The notes beneath the pieces are model-generated. The model did not search any database, had not been told where the DNA came from, and worked only from the letters and a program-made list of their open reading frames with translations. Both the position numbers and the translations under genes were made by a program. Shown here in pieces: positions 1 to 12,341 of a DNA stretch of 64,000 bases; within the stretch, counting starts at the first letter, position 1; every line of letters starts with the position of its first letter. The stretch comes from Octopus vulgaris (Eukaryota). The stretch lies in assembly GCA_951406725.2 (NCBI GenBank), contig OX597814.1:162688001-162752000 (forward strand). Direction: 5' to 3'.

Positions 1-28
1 ATTAACACTAGTATTGCCCGGTACTAAA

Positions 29-445
29 GGCGGCGAGATGGCAGAATCGTTAGCGCGTAGGCGAAAAGCTTAGCGGTATTTCGTCTGCCGTTGCGTTATG
101 AGTTCAAATTACGCCGAGGTCGACTTCGCCTTTCAGCCTTTCGGGGTCGATAAATTAAGTACCAGTTGTGTATTGGGGTCGATATAATCGACTTAATCCG
201 TTTGTCTGTCCTTGTTTGTCCTCTCTGTGTTTAGCCCCTTGTGGGTAGTAAAGAAATAGGTATTTCGTCTGCCGCTTACGTTCTGAGTTCAAATTCCGCC
301 GAGGTCGATTTTGCCTTTCATCCTTTCGGGGTCGATTAAATAAGTACCAGTTACGCAATGGGGTCGATATAATCGACTTAATCCGTTTGTCTGTCCTTGT
401 TTCTCCCTTCTGTGTGTAGCCCCTTGTGAGTAGTAAAGAAATAAG
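29..445 (+). mobile_element. tRNA-derived SINE (family A) with internal 184-bp tandem duplication
   Basis: A-box-like TGGCAGAATCGTTAG and B-box-like GAGTTCAAATT, followed by the family core GCCTTTCATCCTTTCGGGGTCGAT..AAGTACCAG. GGTATTTCGTCTGCCG recurs at 75 and 259. Many copies occur across the window. Confidence 0.85.
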
Positions 446-449
446 TATT

Positions 450-930
450 GACCGGTACTTTATTTTATCAACCCTGAAAGGACGAGAGGCAAAATTCGGT
501 GGTAGTTGAACTCAGAACGTAAAAGAGTGGAAGAAATAATGCAAGATATTTTGTCCGTCGCTCTAACAGTTCTGTCTGTCCAACGCTCTGAAGTCATTTA
601 TTAATACAAAATTTGTTTGTATCGTCTTCCGTACATACAAAATTAATTGGAGTATCACTTGCTACTCAAGGGTATATCTGGGAGGAGAAAACACCAAGTA
701 TGTTGTCATTGTAATTGTATACAATATTTCTATTTTCTTTTAACTTTTATCTTTACTTGTTTCAATTATTGGATTGCAACCATGTTACAGCACCGCCATA
801 TGGCGCCCAGTACTTATTTTTTTTTAAGTCTGGTATTCTTTTCCCGAACCTCTGAGTAATGGAGATGGAAACAAACCAACACCAGTTGACAAGTGGTAGA
901 GGATGAAAACACATCTCTCTCCATACATAC

Positions 931-978
<48 letters not shown>

Positions 979-1800
979 CTGGCATGCAGTTTCCGTCAAC
1001 CATATTGACTCACAAGGCAACAGAGGCAGCTACTAAAATAATAATGATATAAATGTTTATCATTACCACATGGCCAGAAATTTGTAGATGGGGAAACGGT
1101 TGCTTATTTTATGCATTCCGAAGTGATGAAAGGCAAGGTTGACCTAAACGGGATTTTAACTCAGAGCGTAAATATCACAAAGTATTTTACCAAGGCTTTA
1201 ATAGTTCTATTAATCCACTGCTCAGCGAAAATAATTGTTTCTTGCAAAAGCATAGGCCTGAAATTTATGGAAGAAGGTTGGTTGGTATCATCGAGCCCAA
1301 TACTTGACTGCACTCTTTTTTTTTTATCGATCCCGAAAGAATGAAAGCAAAGTTGTATGCGATGCGGTGGCATTTGAATTCAGAGCTGAAAGTGCCGAAG
1401 AAAATGCCAAAAGGCATTTTCACGACGCTCCAGGGATTCTACCAGCTCTACGCCTTCATTGTTTTAGGAAAGCTATTTTGATGGGAGAGTTTTAGTTATT
1501 ATCTTTGAATCTAATATTCGATTGATACCTTTTTTTTTTTATCGAACCTAGACGGATGAAAGGTAAAGCTTACCTTGGCGCAGTTTGAACTCAGAATGTA
1601 AAAAGTACCTGATATAATACTGCAAAGTACTTTTTCTGACGTTCTAACAATCCTGCCAAACAAACGTTCTAGCTGCAACTAAAAGTTGTTTCAAAATTTA
1701 GCACAAAGCCAGCGATTTTAGGGGAATTTCAACTCAGAACGTGAAGACGGGCGAAATGCTGCTAAACATTTTAACAATTCTGCCAGCTCGCCGCCCTGCA
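450..1800 (-). mobile_element. Cluster of ~5 degenerate family A SINE copies
   Basis: Reverse-complement core (GGATGAAAGGCAAAG.., TTGAACTCAGAACGT) near 480-520, 1125-1170, 1335-1390, 1555-1600 and 1730-1795. Confidence 0.75.
735..1020 (-). mobile_element. Truncated SINE family D with internal (TA)n
   Basis: Matches the copies at 49268-49714 and 50617-51017 (TTTACTTGTTTCA, CAGTTTCCGTC..ACTCACAAGGC). Confidence 0.7.
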
Positions 1801-2879
1801 ACTAAAATAATATCTAACAGAGAACATATTTTACGGAGAGAGAGAAAGCCGGGTCGATTACATCGATTCCAGTATTTGGTAATGATAATGATAGACAAAG
1901 AAGAACGTAAGATCCGAAGAGGAAAGAAAAAAGTAATATTCGAAGAGGAAATGTTTACGTTTAATATTTGCTTCCTATTCCACTAAGATTAGGTAATGCA
2001 AGAAACACGTGTTGATTGGAAATGAAATGAGGGCTTATTATTAGATGTAACGAAGTAGAATATGAAGTAACTATTATACGTAAACATTTCCTCTTAGAAA
2101 TTTTGAATCTTGCTGATGACAACGTACATTACATAACGTAATATCCTTCCTTGGATCCTTTTGATGGAGTCGTACGATTTTCGCCGTGACATATGGTATG
2201 TTTCGGCCCTTCGTGATAAACCTGGTGGAGCACATCTCTCTCCAATTTCTGTTTCTTCCGAGAGAGAGAGAGAGGAGATGAAAATAGAAGAATGTTTCTT
2301 ATATTAATTACATAATGTAAGATGATCGTCTTAATTGGACATGTAAAGGAAGAATATGAAATCAGAACGTGATTAGACATAAATAAATACCGAAAGGTAT
2401 TCTGCCCACTGCGATTCTGACTCTACTAGCCAGGCACGTCATACGGCAAAAATAATCTTTAAAGGCAAAGTTAACACCAGCAATCAATAATTCTTACAAT
2501 TTCAAACATCCTGAACGGAAGGCTCTTCTCATTAAGTTAGGTTGATTGTATATAGAATGGGCTCCCATTTTTATTGACTATGATAAAAGAAGACAATTAA
2601 AATGAAATGAAAAGGGAAGCCGAAAATTATCCGTAAATTTTGATCCGTTCACCCGCACGATTTTTACTTAGGAAAAAAAAAAAGAAAAAGCAAAAACTCG
2701 GAATCAAGTACCCTAATCTAATATGCCGCAAACTCCTTATTTTTGTTCGGAAAAAAGGTGGGGGAGGCACTCCCTTTCTTCCATATCCCTGAATCAAAAA
2801 TTATGATACTCACTTCAAGAACAAGCAAGAGGTGCACTGCGAAGGCTCATGAGTTTGTCAATTCAATTACTGCTAAATA

Positions 2880-3350
2880 ACGTCATAACAAAAACCTGTT
2901 GGAGAGAAAAGAGTTGACATATGAGTATGATTTGGACTGAGTACCAGGAAAATTTTGGGTGTACTCTCACCCGTAGATTGTTGAAAAATTAACCACAATT
3001 AAGTAAGCATCATTAATAAGGAGTAACATAAGCGTGATGGGTAAACAGCCAACAATTCGGTTGACTGAGATCAAAAGAAGGAATTATAAAACTGAAACCT
3101 ATCTTTTAAAAAGATGAATTTTCTTTGGAGATACTAAATCTGCGTTCTTTTCCTGCGTGACTGCCATTTTAAACCAGTCTGCATTTAGAAGCAAATGCTA
3201 AAGGAGAACATTAAGCCATCTTTTGCGTATGGACGACATCGAGTTGTATACTGCAGATAGTAGAAAATAATTGGAAACACTGCTAGAGATAGTACACGGA
3301 TTGACTAGGAGAATTGACTGATATTAGGAAATGCATCAAGAAAGCAAAAA
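2880..3350 (+). pseudogene. Degenerate non-LTR RT remnant (R4/Dong-like)
   Basis: AGCCATCTTTTGCGTATGGACGACATCGAGTTGTAT reads SHLLRMDDIELY, resembling the HLLYMDDLKLY RT motif. Many stops and frameshifts. Confidence 0.5.
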
Positions 3351-4075
3351 ATACGAGAATTAGGTGAAGTAGAGACTTTATAACTTCTTTGGAGTAAATA
3401 AACTAAATGGAGTACAGCACACATATGTCAAAGAATTGGTTAGGAAGGAATTAGATAAATACTCAAAACTGAGTTGAATGCAGAAATATACAGTAATATG
3501 CATCAGCACTGTAGCTGTCTCAGACACGATACAACATTCTCGTGCTGATGTTAAATGAACTCGTAAGACCAGACAGAAAAACAAGAAAAATAAAGACAGC
3601 AAACATACCACGGTATGTATGATATAGTAAGTTTACATAGTTGTTGAATGCAGGGAGGTTGGGAGCTTTAGTAATTAGAAGCTTATCTCCAATATCGACT
3701 GTAGGATAACAAATATATTTAGTGAAGAATAATAGGAAACTAATAGAAATAGCTATAAAATACGAACGAAACAAAACTGATTCCTGTCTTCAAGGAAATT
3801 CACGAATATAAAACAGAAGTTGAAGTAATAGTCATAACGAGAAAGAAGAAACAATAGAAATTAGGAAAAGACTTCGAAAAAGGGGGCTCAAGAAATGTTA
3901 TTCTCAAACGACGTTAAGTTAAGTCAATAAATGTCCAATATCTGCAAATAAAGAAGAAAACGGATGAAATAAAGTAAAATCGATTGAGAAGCGCAGTACT
4001 CGAGGTTGGGGAGGAAAGTTATTCACACACACACGCGCGCGCTCGCGCACACACACACACACACACAATTTTGGT

Positions 4076-4219
4076 GAGTCAATTTCTTGTTACACGAGTT
4101 TCGCCAAAGAGTTTTCAGGCGCCTGAAACCTCATGCACACACTGGTGAAACTCATTGCAGCAGGAGATTGCCTCTTCTAAAATATATTATGGTATCGGGT
4201 GTCCTTTTTTCCGACACTC
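4076..4219 (+). other. Long hairpin cassette between microsatellites
   Basis: CAATTTCTTGTTACACGAGTTTCGCCA pairs with TGGTGAAACTCATTGCAGCAGGAGATTG. Internal perfect palindrome TTTCAGGCGCCTGAAA. Confidence 0.75.
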
Positions 4220-4236
4220 AATAGTAAATAGGAATA

Positions 4237-4284
<48 letters not shown>

Positions 4285-4326
4285 TATGTGTGTGTGTGTA
4301 TGTAGGTATATATATATATATGTGTG

Positions 4327-4379
<53 letters not shown>

Positions 4380-4400
4380 ATATATATATATATGTATATA

Positions 4401-5015
4401 ACCATGATGGTCCTCTGGCGGACATTCGTTCTCAGCCGCCTGGTTTACTGCTCACAGATATAGTCACCCACCAGTGTAAAATTAACAGCGGACCTTGAAG
4501 CAATCCAGAGAAGATTCACAAAGAAGATCGTCTCTTTGCAACAGCTCAGCTACTGAGAAAGGTTGAAACAGCTAAGACTCTACTCCCTGGAGAGAAGCCG
4601 GGAGAGGTATGCATTAATAAATATCTGGAAGATCCTGGAGGGAATTGTGCCAAATTTTGGCATTGAAAGCTACACTAATGCCACAACGGGACGACACTGC
4701 ATAGTGCCAAAGATCCCAGCAACGCCATCGCGCTTCAGGACCAGTTACTGCAACAGTCTGGGTTTCAGGCGCCCACACCTTTTTAATATTTTCCAAAAAG
4801 AGCCTGAGGAACCTGCACAAAATAGATGTAGAGGTTTTTAAATCAAAGCTGGACCTCTTCCTGTCGAGAGTCCCAGATGAATCTACCTCACGGCAAGAGG
4901 TGCAAATGAGGGTAGCTACATCAAACTCCATTCTTCACCAAGTGCCACATATTAAAAGAGGCTCTCAGTAATAACAGTGTAGCAAAACGGCGGTGCATCT
5001 GCATGGCGGCAGCTC
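4401..5015 (+). mobile_element. 5'-truncated CR1-type LINE (3' end of ORF2 plus tail)
   Basis: ORF 4563-4841 LYSLERSRERYALINIWKILEGIVPNFG. Homologous to 29230-29860. Confidence 0.9.
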
Positions 5016-5223
5016 TGCGTCTTTTTAGTGTGTCAAACACACTAAAAAAGATGCGAGAAAAAGTAAAATAAAATTTACGCTCTCTCTCTTTCTCTCACAC
5101 ATACACACTGCAACACACACTTCCCCCTCTCTCTCTTTCCGACAACACACACTTCTCTCTCTCTCTCCCTTTCTCTCTCAGTCAGTCATTCACGCACTCA
5201 TAAAAGATACGAGGAGAAATAAA

Positions 5224-5940
5224 GGATCTTTACCTTTTGACCGACTGATTTAAAAAATAATTTTTTGTAACTAAACACTTTCAAGCTTCAGACACTGGCA
5301 GAATGTGTCACATAAAAAATGTTTTACTCTTAGTATTTATGAGAAAAACTTATATTTACGAAGTTATTTCACGTTAAAGTTCTCTTATTTCGGTAATTTC
5401 AACCAATCAATGACGTGTATTCAGCTGAATAAAATTACTATCGGCGGTGTATTTTTCGTTTGTCACTGTTATTTATGACATCGTTCGTGCATTTGTAGTG
5501 GTTTTAATGTTTTAGGGTTGGGGTTTATGGGTTAGGGTTAGGGGTAAGGGTTAGGGTGAGGGTTATAGGGTGAGGGTGAGGGTATTAGGGTTAAGGTATT
5601 AGGGTTAAGGTGAGGGTTTTAGGGTTAAGGTTAGGGTTTTAGGGTTAAGGTTGGGGTTTTAGGATCAGGGTGTTAGGGTTAGGGTTGGCATAAATAACAG
5701 TGACAAACGAAATATACACCCCCGGAAGTTCTTGTTGACAAACAACAGCAGTAATTTTATTCAGCTGAATATACGTCATTGACTGGTTGAAATTACCGAA
5801 ATAGGACAACTTTAACGTGAAATAACTTCGTAAATATAAGTTTTTCTATAAAATGCTAAGAGTAAAACATGTCCGAAGTTTAAAAGTGCTTAGTTACAAA
5901 AAGTTATTTTTTAAATCTGTAGGTCAAAAGGTAAAGATCC
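5224..5940. mobile_element. Foldback MITE with long TIRs (GGATCTTTACCTTTTGACC...), 8-bp TSD and internal telomere-like repeats
   Basis: TIRs of roughly 200 bp. GAAATAAA duplicated at 5216-5223 and 5941-5948. Second copy at 56794-57313. Confidence 0.92.
5510..5687 (+). repeat. Degenerate (TTAGGG)n interstitial telomere-like array inside the MITE
   Basis: TTAGGG/TGAGGG/TTAAGG units read directly. Confidence 0.9.
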
Positions 5941-5977
5941 GAAATAAAATTTTAAAATGTACGCTGTGTATGTGTGC

Positions 5978-6056
<79 letters not shown>

Positions 6057-6405
6057 ACAGCGTACGTTTTTAAAATTTATTTTTCTTCGCATCTTTTTTG
6101 AGTGTGTGAGTGATTGACTGTGAGAGAGTGAGGTGTGTGTTGTCGGAAAGGGAGAGCGAGAAAGTGTGTTATTCTGTGTGTGAGAGAGAGAGAGTGAGAA
6201 GGAGAGGCAGCGTAAATTTAGTTTATTTAATTTTTAACGCATCTGTTTTTCGTGTATGTTTGACTGAGGGAGAGAGAAAGAGAAAGAAAGAGGGACGTTA
6301 CGCTATCACACTCCCTCTCTAAGTCAATCACTCCCTCTCTAAGTCAATCACTCACTCACACACACACATCAACACACACCTTCTCTGTATGTCTGTCTGT
6401 CTGTC

Positions 6406-6443
<38 letters not shown>

Positions 6444-6929
6444 AAACACACTTTCTATCTCACACCCACCATCAACATATATACACGTCCCTGTTATTTT
6501 CTTTCTCTTTCACTTTATGCTGACATCAAACGAAATGTACGTTTCCACGATAAAAAAACAAATAAAAATTTTTTTACGGAATTTATCGAACGCTGTACCT
6601 TAACAGCTGATAGATCATTGACAACTCTGTAACTCAAAACAAAGTATAGTCCTCGCCGAATCTTATCTCCTGCCATAAAATCTTCGATGATATAATGATA
6701 CCAGAAATAAATCACTGCTTTAATCCCCACCACAAAAAAACCTAACATCCAATTAGTGGAACACCTCAAAACAACAACTCAAATGGGATAAAGAGTACAC
6801 GTATCACAACAACAATAACACCAAGTGTGTGTGTGTGTGTATAGACTTATAATATATCTCATTGTTAAGAAAATTTTACACAATTATTCAATAAAACTCA
6901 AATGAGATAAAGAGTACACACTTTATCCG

Positions 6930-7277
6930 CTTAAACAGTGCAACGGGACCCACTTGGTAGTCAAGTCCCTGACGCCCCACTTTACTGAGGCCACCATTGT
7001 TACGGGGTGCGAAAGGGGGGAATGTTTTCATTTCAAGGATGCACTTTTATCCCTCGGGGTCAGACATGCCGTCTAACTTCCGCAGATCGCAGTTTCCGGT
7101 GAGGCCATGCTTCGCCATGTCCATCAACAAATTCCAAGGCCAAACACTATCAATGGTAGGCATCCATTTGGGGGAGCCTTGCTTTTCATATGGGCAATTA
7201 TGTGGCCTTCTCCCGCTATTTTTATGTATGCTCCTCAGGGCAGAACACGCATTGTTGTCTATAGCGAAGTTTTATAG
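6930..7277 (+). pseudogene. Helitron RepHel PIF1-helicase C-terminal fragment
   Basis: FRRSQFPVRPCFAMSINKFQGQTL..VG..L..PCFSYGQL, then frameshifted GRTRIVVYSEVL*. These are typical terminal PIF1/RepHel motifs. Confidence 0.88.
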
Positions 7278-8568
7278 ACGTAGAAAGAAGAACAAGTCAT
7301 CACTGCAGCCCATGTGGTTATAAACAGGTGATCCGGAAGTATTGGCTGGATATATTCTCAAACCATGGCAAACATGACTCATGACAATAATGCTCACTCG
7401 GCCAATATCAGCGCTTGGCCAAGCTGCTCATAGAGTTAGGCTAGAAGGGCCAGCCCCCTTACTTTTTTTGTTAAGGCTGTTAGTAAGTTTTCCAAAGTTA
7501 CTCCAATCCGGATCCCCAGTGCAAACCTTCGAATCAACCTTCTTCAATGCAGATCTTTAATGCAACCTTATCCAATCCAAATCTTTGAGTCAACCGTCTT
7601 CACTGCAGATCTCCAATGCATACTTATCCAGTGCAAACTTTCGATGTAACCTTCTCCAATATAGACATTCGATGCAGATCTCCAAGGCAACCTTCTCCAA
7701 TGCATATCTTCGATGCAGCTTCGACCGATAGTACACCTAGGAGGGGTTAGGACTGGATTGGGATTGGTCGCTGCCTTTTAGAGGCTCCCGAGCCCCTTTT
7801 CGCTAGGTTAGCTTAGACTTAGGTTAAGGCTTAGTTGTGATCCGAACATAACCTCTTCTGACACAGACGATTGGGAGCCCTTTTGGGCGTTATATTTTCC
7901 TTACCGGAAGGGTTCCAAACCCATGGACTAAGGAGGGGTTAGATGATGATGAGGGGTTCGAAAGGGCCGGCATGTGCAACCTGATCACTTCTGCCGGTCA
8001 AGCTCTCAACCCATGCGTTCTCGTCGTGACACTGATTCTGCAGAATTGGGTTGGGTGTGATAACTAACTTTAAAGTATAAATATAGATTTTTTGAATCAG
8101 TAACGTCGTGGTCGGTTAAGTCCTTTTTGGGGTGAAAAATGAACAAACTGATTCATTATGGGGTTTTCTATTCAATCACGATGAAAAATCAATAAACCGA
8201 TTCCTTATAGGATTTCCAACTAAAATTGGCTACACCCCGTTTCCAACAATATCATTTACCAATTTTGACGTATTTTGCTCAAACTTTATGCTGGCGTTGC
8301 TTAGGACTTATGGAATCTTTGAATGCTCTCAGTTCTCAAAAAAAAAAAAAAAAAATCGATGAGTGGAAAAGTCGATAAACCGATTCCTTATGGGGTTTTC
8401 CCAATAAAATTGTCTGCAACCTATTCTCAGCCTAACGTTTACCAATTTCAATGGATTTCGCTCAAATTTGACGTCAGTGTAACTTAGTTTGGTTTGAAAC
8501 AAAGTGCTTGATTAGCTTAATAATCCTAACTTAATCCCGGGCAACGCCGGGCTAAACTGCTATTTCAA

Positions 8569-8600
<32 letters not shown>

Positions 8601-9183
8601 CATTTCACTTTCTACTTTTAAAGGACTGACGTTCGAAGCGTAAGGTCTCTTCCTGCAAAGCGTTAAGTTAATACAGTATTAGTTTTAACACTGACTATCC
8701 TGTGTTGTATTGTATTTTTTCATTTATTGTTCATTGCATATATTACTGCTTTCATTGCACTCTTTGCCAGTGATGATACTAATATATTTCTGTCGCAGAA
8801 AATATCTCTTGGGATTTCTGTGTGTTTGTGTGTGTGTGTGTGTATGTGTGTGTGTGTGTGTGTTTGAACTTTAACGATTGTAGGATAATACACGGCACGC
8901 TGTACATGCTCATCCGATTACTGTACTATCCCATCATGAAACTTATTATAGCATACATTTGAATCTTATGTTTATTAAATGATATTCATCTCGCGCTAGG
9001 TTGAGTACTTTGCTTGTTGATCCTATCAATACGGAAGAACCTTGCACTGTATATACACGTGGAACTCCGTTAGTGTACAGGATTTATACAATAATTTATA
9101 TCAGAAGAAGGTGGAATAAGCAAGCTATAATTAAAGCCTGTTTATCTCATCTTGGGTGTATATATATATATATGCATGTGCGT

Positions 9184-9214
<31 letters not shown>

Positions 9215-9426
9215 CTTTTAAATATTTGTTGTGCAAGATTTTTTTTATGTGAAGTCTTGTGTTGAAACAGATATTGTTATATTTCGGAATGGTCATTTTG
9301 CCAGTTTAGCCAATAAAATATATGTTTATATATATGTGTATATATACATATATGTATATGTGCATATATATATGTATATGTGTGTGTATATATATATATG
9401 TGTATATACATATATGTATATGTGTG

Positions 9427-9493
<67 letters not shown>

Positions 9494-10187
9494 TTTTATT
9501 TGTTTCAGTCATTTTACTGTACCTTTATATATATATATATATATATAAAGAAAGGGAGAGAGAAAGAGAGATTTTATTAATATTTGTCCCTTAGTTTACT
9601 ATGACAATGACCTGATAGATACAACGGTAGTAATTCTTAGTTATATATTTTCTTATGTTTTGTGCGAATTTTTCCCTGATTTTTCTTCTCTGCAGCGGAG
9701 TTATGGTACGTCATTAAATTATGATTTACATATATGCCCGAAGGTAAAACGGTGATGAAACTACTTCTACCCTAGACAAGTTCAAAGTGTTTCTGCCATT
9801 GTTGGGTTTTTTACTACGATATAAATTCTTACTTCAAATTTTTGAGAAGAAAATGGAGTATTACAGAAGTGCACTGGACCGCCCGCATGATACTATTTAC
9901 ATTTAAATCTTCGTTTTTATGATCCTAGATGAGTTATGACTGAGCCGGTCCATTATCATCTTATCTTTTGCATGTACCCAACGTCTTACCTGAGTGTCAT
10001 TTGAGGCATATTTGGTTGCTTTTTTCATATATCGCCGACTACGTAGTTGCCCCGTCGTCGTGTCGTTTTACCTCCCGGTGGACTGAGCAGCTGTATTTAA
10101 GTGACATTTTTCTCTGGACGCAGCACAGAATATGTAAGTGTCGACCTTTCGGCTTCTTGTGAGTCATTTTAGCAACTTGCACTGTGG

Positions 10188-10538
10188 TGTTATGAGCCAG
10201 GCTGTGTTGTAGGGAAGGATCGGAAGTGAAGGAGTAGGCATGTCCTGTCGGAAGTGGGGCCTGCGGATCCCACCGGGAGTACTGCGGATCCCACCGGGAG
10301 TACTGCGGATCCCACCGGGAGTACTGCGGGGGAAATGCACGAGGGGCCAGTTGGTGGCGGATACCACATAAAAGCAGACGTATAAGACTGTGCAGCGACG
10401 GATAGCGTACGTGGACGTGGAGTGAACCTTGGAGATCGAAACAGCACGTGGATATTGAAAGTGACCCTTTTCCCGGACCGACAGGTAAGACTACGTAATT
10501 CTCTCTTCGCTTCCGTCTTTTTCTTCCTTTACATCACA
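10188..10538 (+). mobile_element. 5' LTR of a Ty3/Gypsy-like retrotransposon
   Basis: TGTTATG...CATCACA imperfect terminal inverted ends and a TATA-like CATAAAA. Immediately followed by a gag-like reading frame. Confidence 0.65.
10261..10329 (+). repeat. 21-bp tandem repeat x3.3 within the LTR
   Basis: CTGCGGATCCCACCGGGAGTA repeated perfectly. Confidence 0.95.
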
Positions 10539-10572
10539 AGTTATTTCGCTCAATAAAAACAAAAAAAAAATA

Positions 10573-11100
10573 ATGCTGGGTATGGTCCGTGTTTCGAATG
10601 AGATGGTTACGCCATTTGTGGCAAGGGAGATGTGACCACTTGATTGCAAAAAAATAAGTTGGTGGCGAGACTCCAAGCTAGCGAGTTTTATACTGTTGTA
10701 CCTCGATGGATCGGTGTTGGTGCTATAACTGGAAATGAAAGAGAAGGACCAGTTGAGCGCAGAAAAAATAGAAGGCCGGCTGATGGAGGCTTTCACAGAA
10801 GGACCATTTATGGCATATAGTCGACTGGGGAAAACAAAGTGGATGGGCGAACAGGTTGATGTGTTTGCCAACGAAATCAGGAGATTGGCTAGATTCGTGG
10901 GATATAGAGATGGCGCGTTAGAACAAATCGTTAAATTAGCCTTTGTGACAGGATTTGCTGACCACGTGCCAATCGAACTGCAAAAGCTGCCGAACTTCAG
11001 TCCATGGCAATGGGGGAGGTAATATCACGGGCCAGAGCCACTCTCTCGTGTTGCAGGGCGACACCTTTTGCAGCGACTGCAACACCGAAAAAGGATCGAA
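10573..11100 (+). pseudogene. Gag-like capsid remnant of an LTR retrotransposon
   Basis: ORF 10735-11022 with GEQVDVFANEIRRLA..AFVTG (MHR-like). Upstream stops and frameshift. Truncated by a SINE. Confidence 0.65.
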
Positions 11101-11129
11101 CAAAGAGCAGCGGAGAGTGATTGAACAAG

Positions 11130-11660
11130 GAGGGCGACAAGCTGGCAGAATCGTTAGCACGCTGGGCTAAAATGCTTAGCGTATTTCGTCCGTTGCTACG
11201 TTCCGCGTTCAAATTCCGCCAAGGTCACCTTTGTATTTCATCCTTTCGGGGTTGATAAATTAAATACCAGATGAGTACTCGGATCGATGTGATCGAATGT
11301 CCCCCTTCCCACAAAATCGTCAACTTCGCCGGGAAAATGTTTAGCGGCATTTCTTCCGATGCGCTCTGAGTTCAAATGCCTCTGGGGTCGACTTTGCCTT
11401 TCATCTTATTGAAAGTCGATAAAATAACTACCAGTTGAACACTGGGGTCGATGTAATTGACTTAGCCCCTTCTCCGAAACTGCTGGCTTAGTGCCAAAGT
11501 TTGAAACCATTATTAAAGGGAGCTGGATTGACAGAATTGTTAGAGCGCCGGGAAGATGTTTTGCCGTATTTGTTCTGAGTCATGTCATTCAGAGTTCAAA
11601 TCCTGTTACTTGCATAATCGTCATCCATTCAGGGTCTAAAAAATAAAGTCAGTCAAGTAC
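11130..11660 (+). mobile_element. Three tandem family A SINEs
   Basis: Repeated GAGTTCAAAT and CTTTCATC..GTCGATAAA..TACCAG motifs. Confidence 0.8.
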
Positions 11661-11669
11661 CCAAACCTA

Positions 11670-12285
11670 GACTGAATACGTTTGTTCGAGATGCATGCAG
11701 AACGACGAAGCTATTCTGCATGCACTTGTCGATTGCTCGAGCATTGCAGTCTTGTAGAGTTATGTTGAACACTTACTGTTGCGTGTAGGACAGATTCAAC
11801 TATCTGCTGCGTCAATTGTGAAGATCGTCCCGGCGCGTTTCTTTGGCCGAGAAGGTTAGATTGTATTTATCTGCATGGTGGCCTTAGTGAAAAGGTTTGT
11901 GTGATGGCCCAAGCGGAAAGGGCTGAAGATAGATACATTTCACTTTAACTATGCCCAATTATTCAAGTTTCAACTGAAAAAGAAGATGAAGGTGAAGAAA
12001 ATTTGTTGAAAGGTAGGTGAGAGTGGCAAAGATGATCCTAGTGAGCGAGCCTTCTCTGAGCATGCACCTGTAGACTGGAGGAAAAGGATAGGGAGAGATC
12101 ACTTGCCTTAGTGGTCAGGGTGACTGTGGTTTTGTGGTGTCTGCACTATTAGCCCCTGAAGTCTCCGCGCTTTTGGGGAATTATTCATTGCTAATATTTT
12201 TTTTGTTATCTTATTGTCTTATTATACTTGTTTTGTTTTTGTATTGTACCAATATCCTTTGTACCTTGGGGCCAATAAAGAAACT
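11670..12285 (+). mobile_element. 3' end of an L1/Tx1-type LINE
   Basis: CCHC knuckle CSRCMQNDEAILHALVDC near 11683-11737, then AATAAA and a (TAT)n tail. Related copy at 36700-37150. Confidence 0.65.
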
Positions 12286-12306
12286 ATTATCATTATTATT
12301 ATTATG

Positions 12307-12341
<35 letters not shown>

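Larger units (their letters stand above)
5016..8563 (+). mobile_element. Helitron remnant (5' limit uncertain)
   Basis: PIF1-like helicase remnant at 6930-7277. 3' GC hairpin CCCGGGCAACGCCGGG at 8536-8551 followed by CTGCTAT (degenerate CTAG). Internal ~100-bp direct repeat near 8193 and 8376. Confidence 0.7.

Noticed and set aside
5510-5687. True telomere or chromosome fusion site
   Set aside because: The array is short, degenerate and enclosed by MITE TIRs in both copies.
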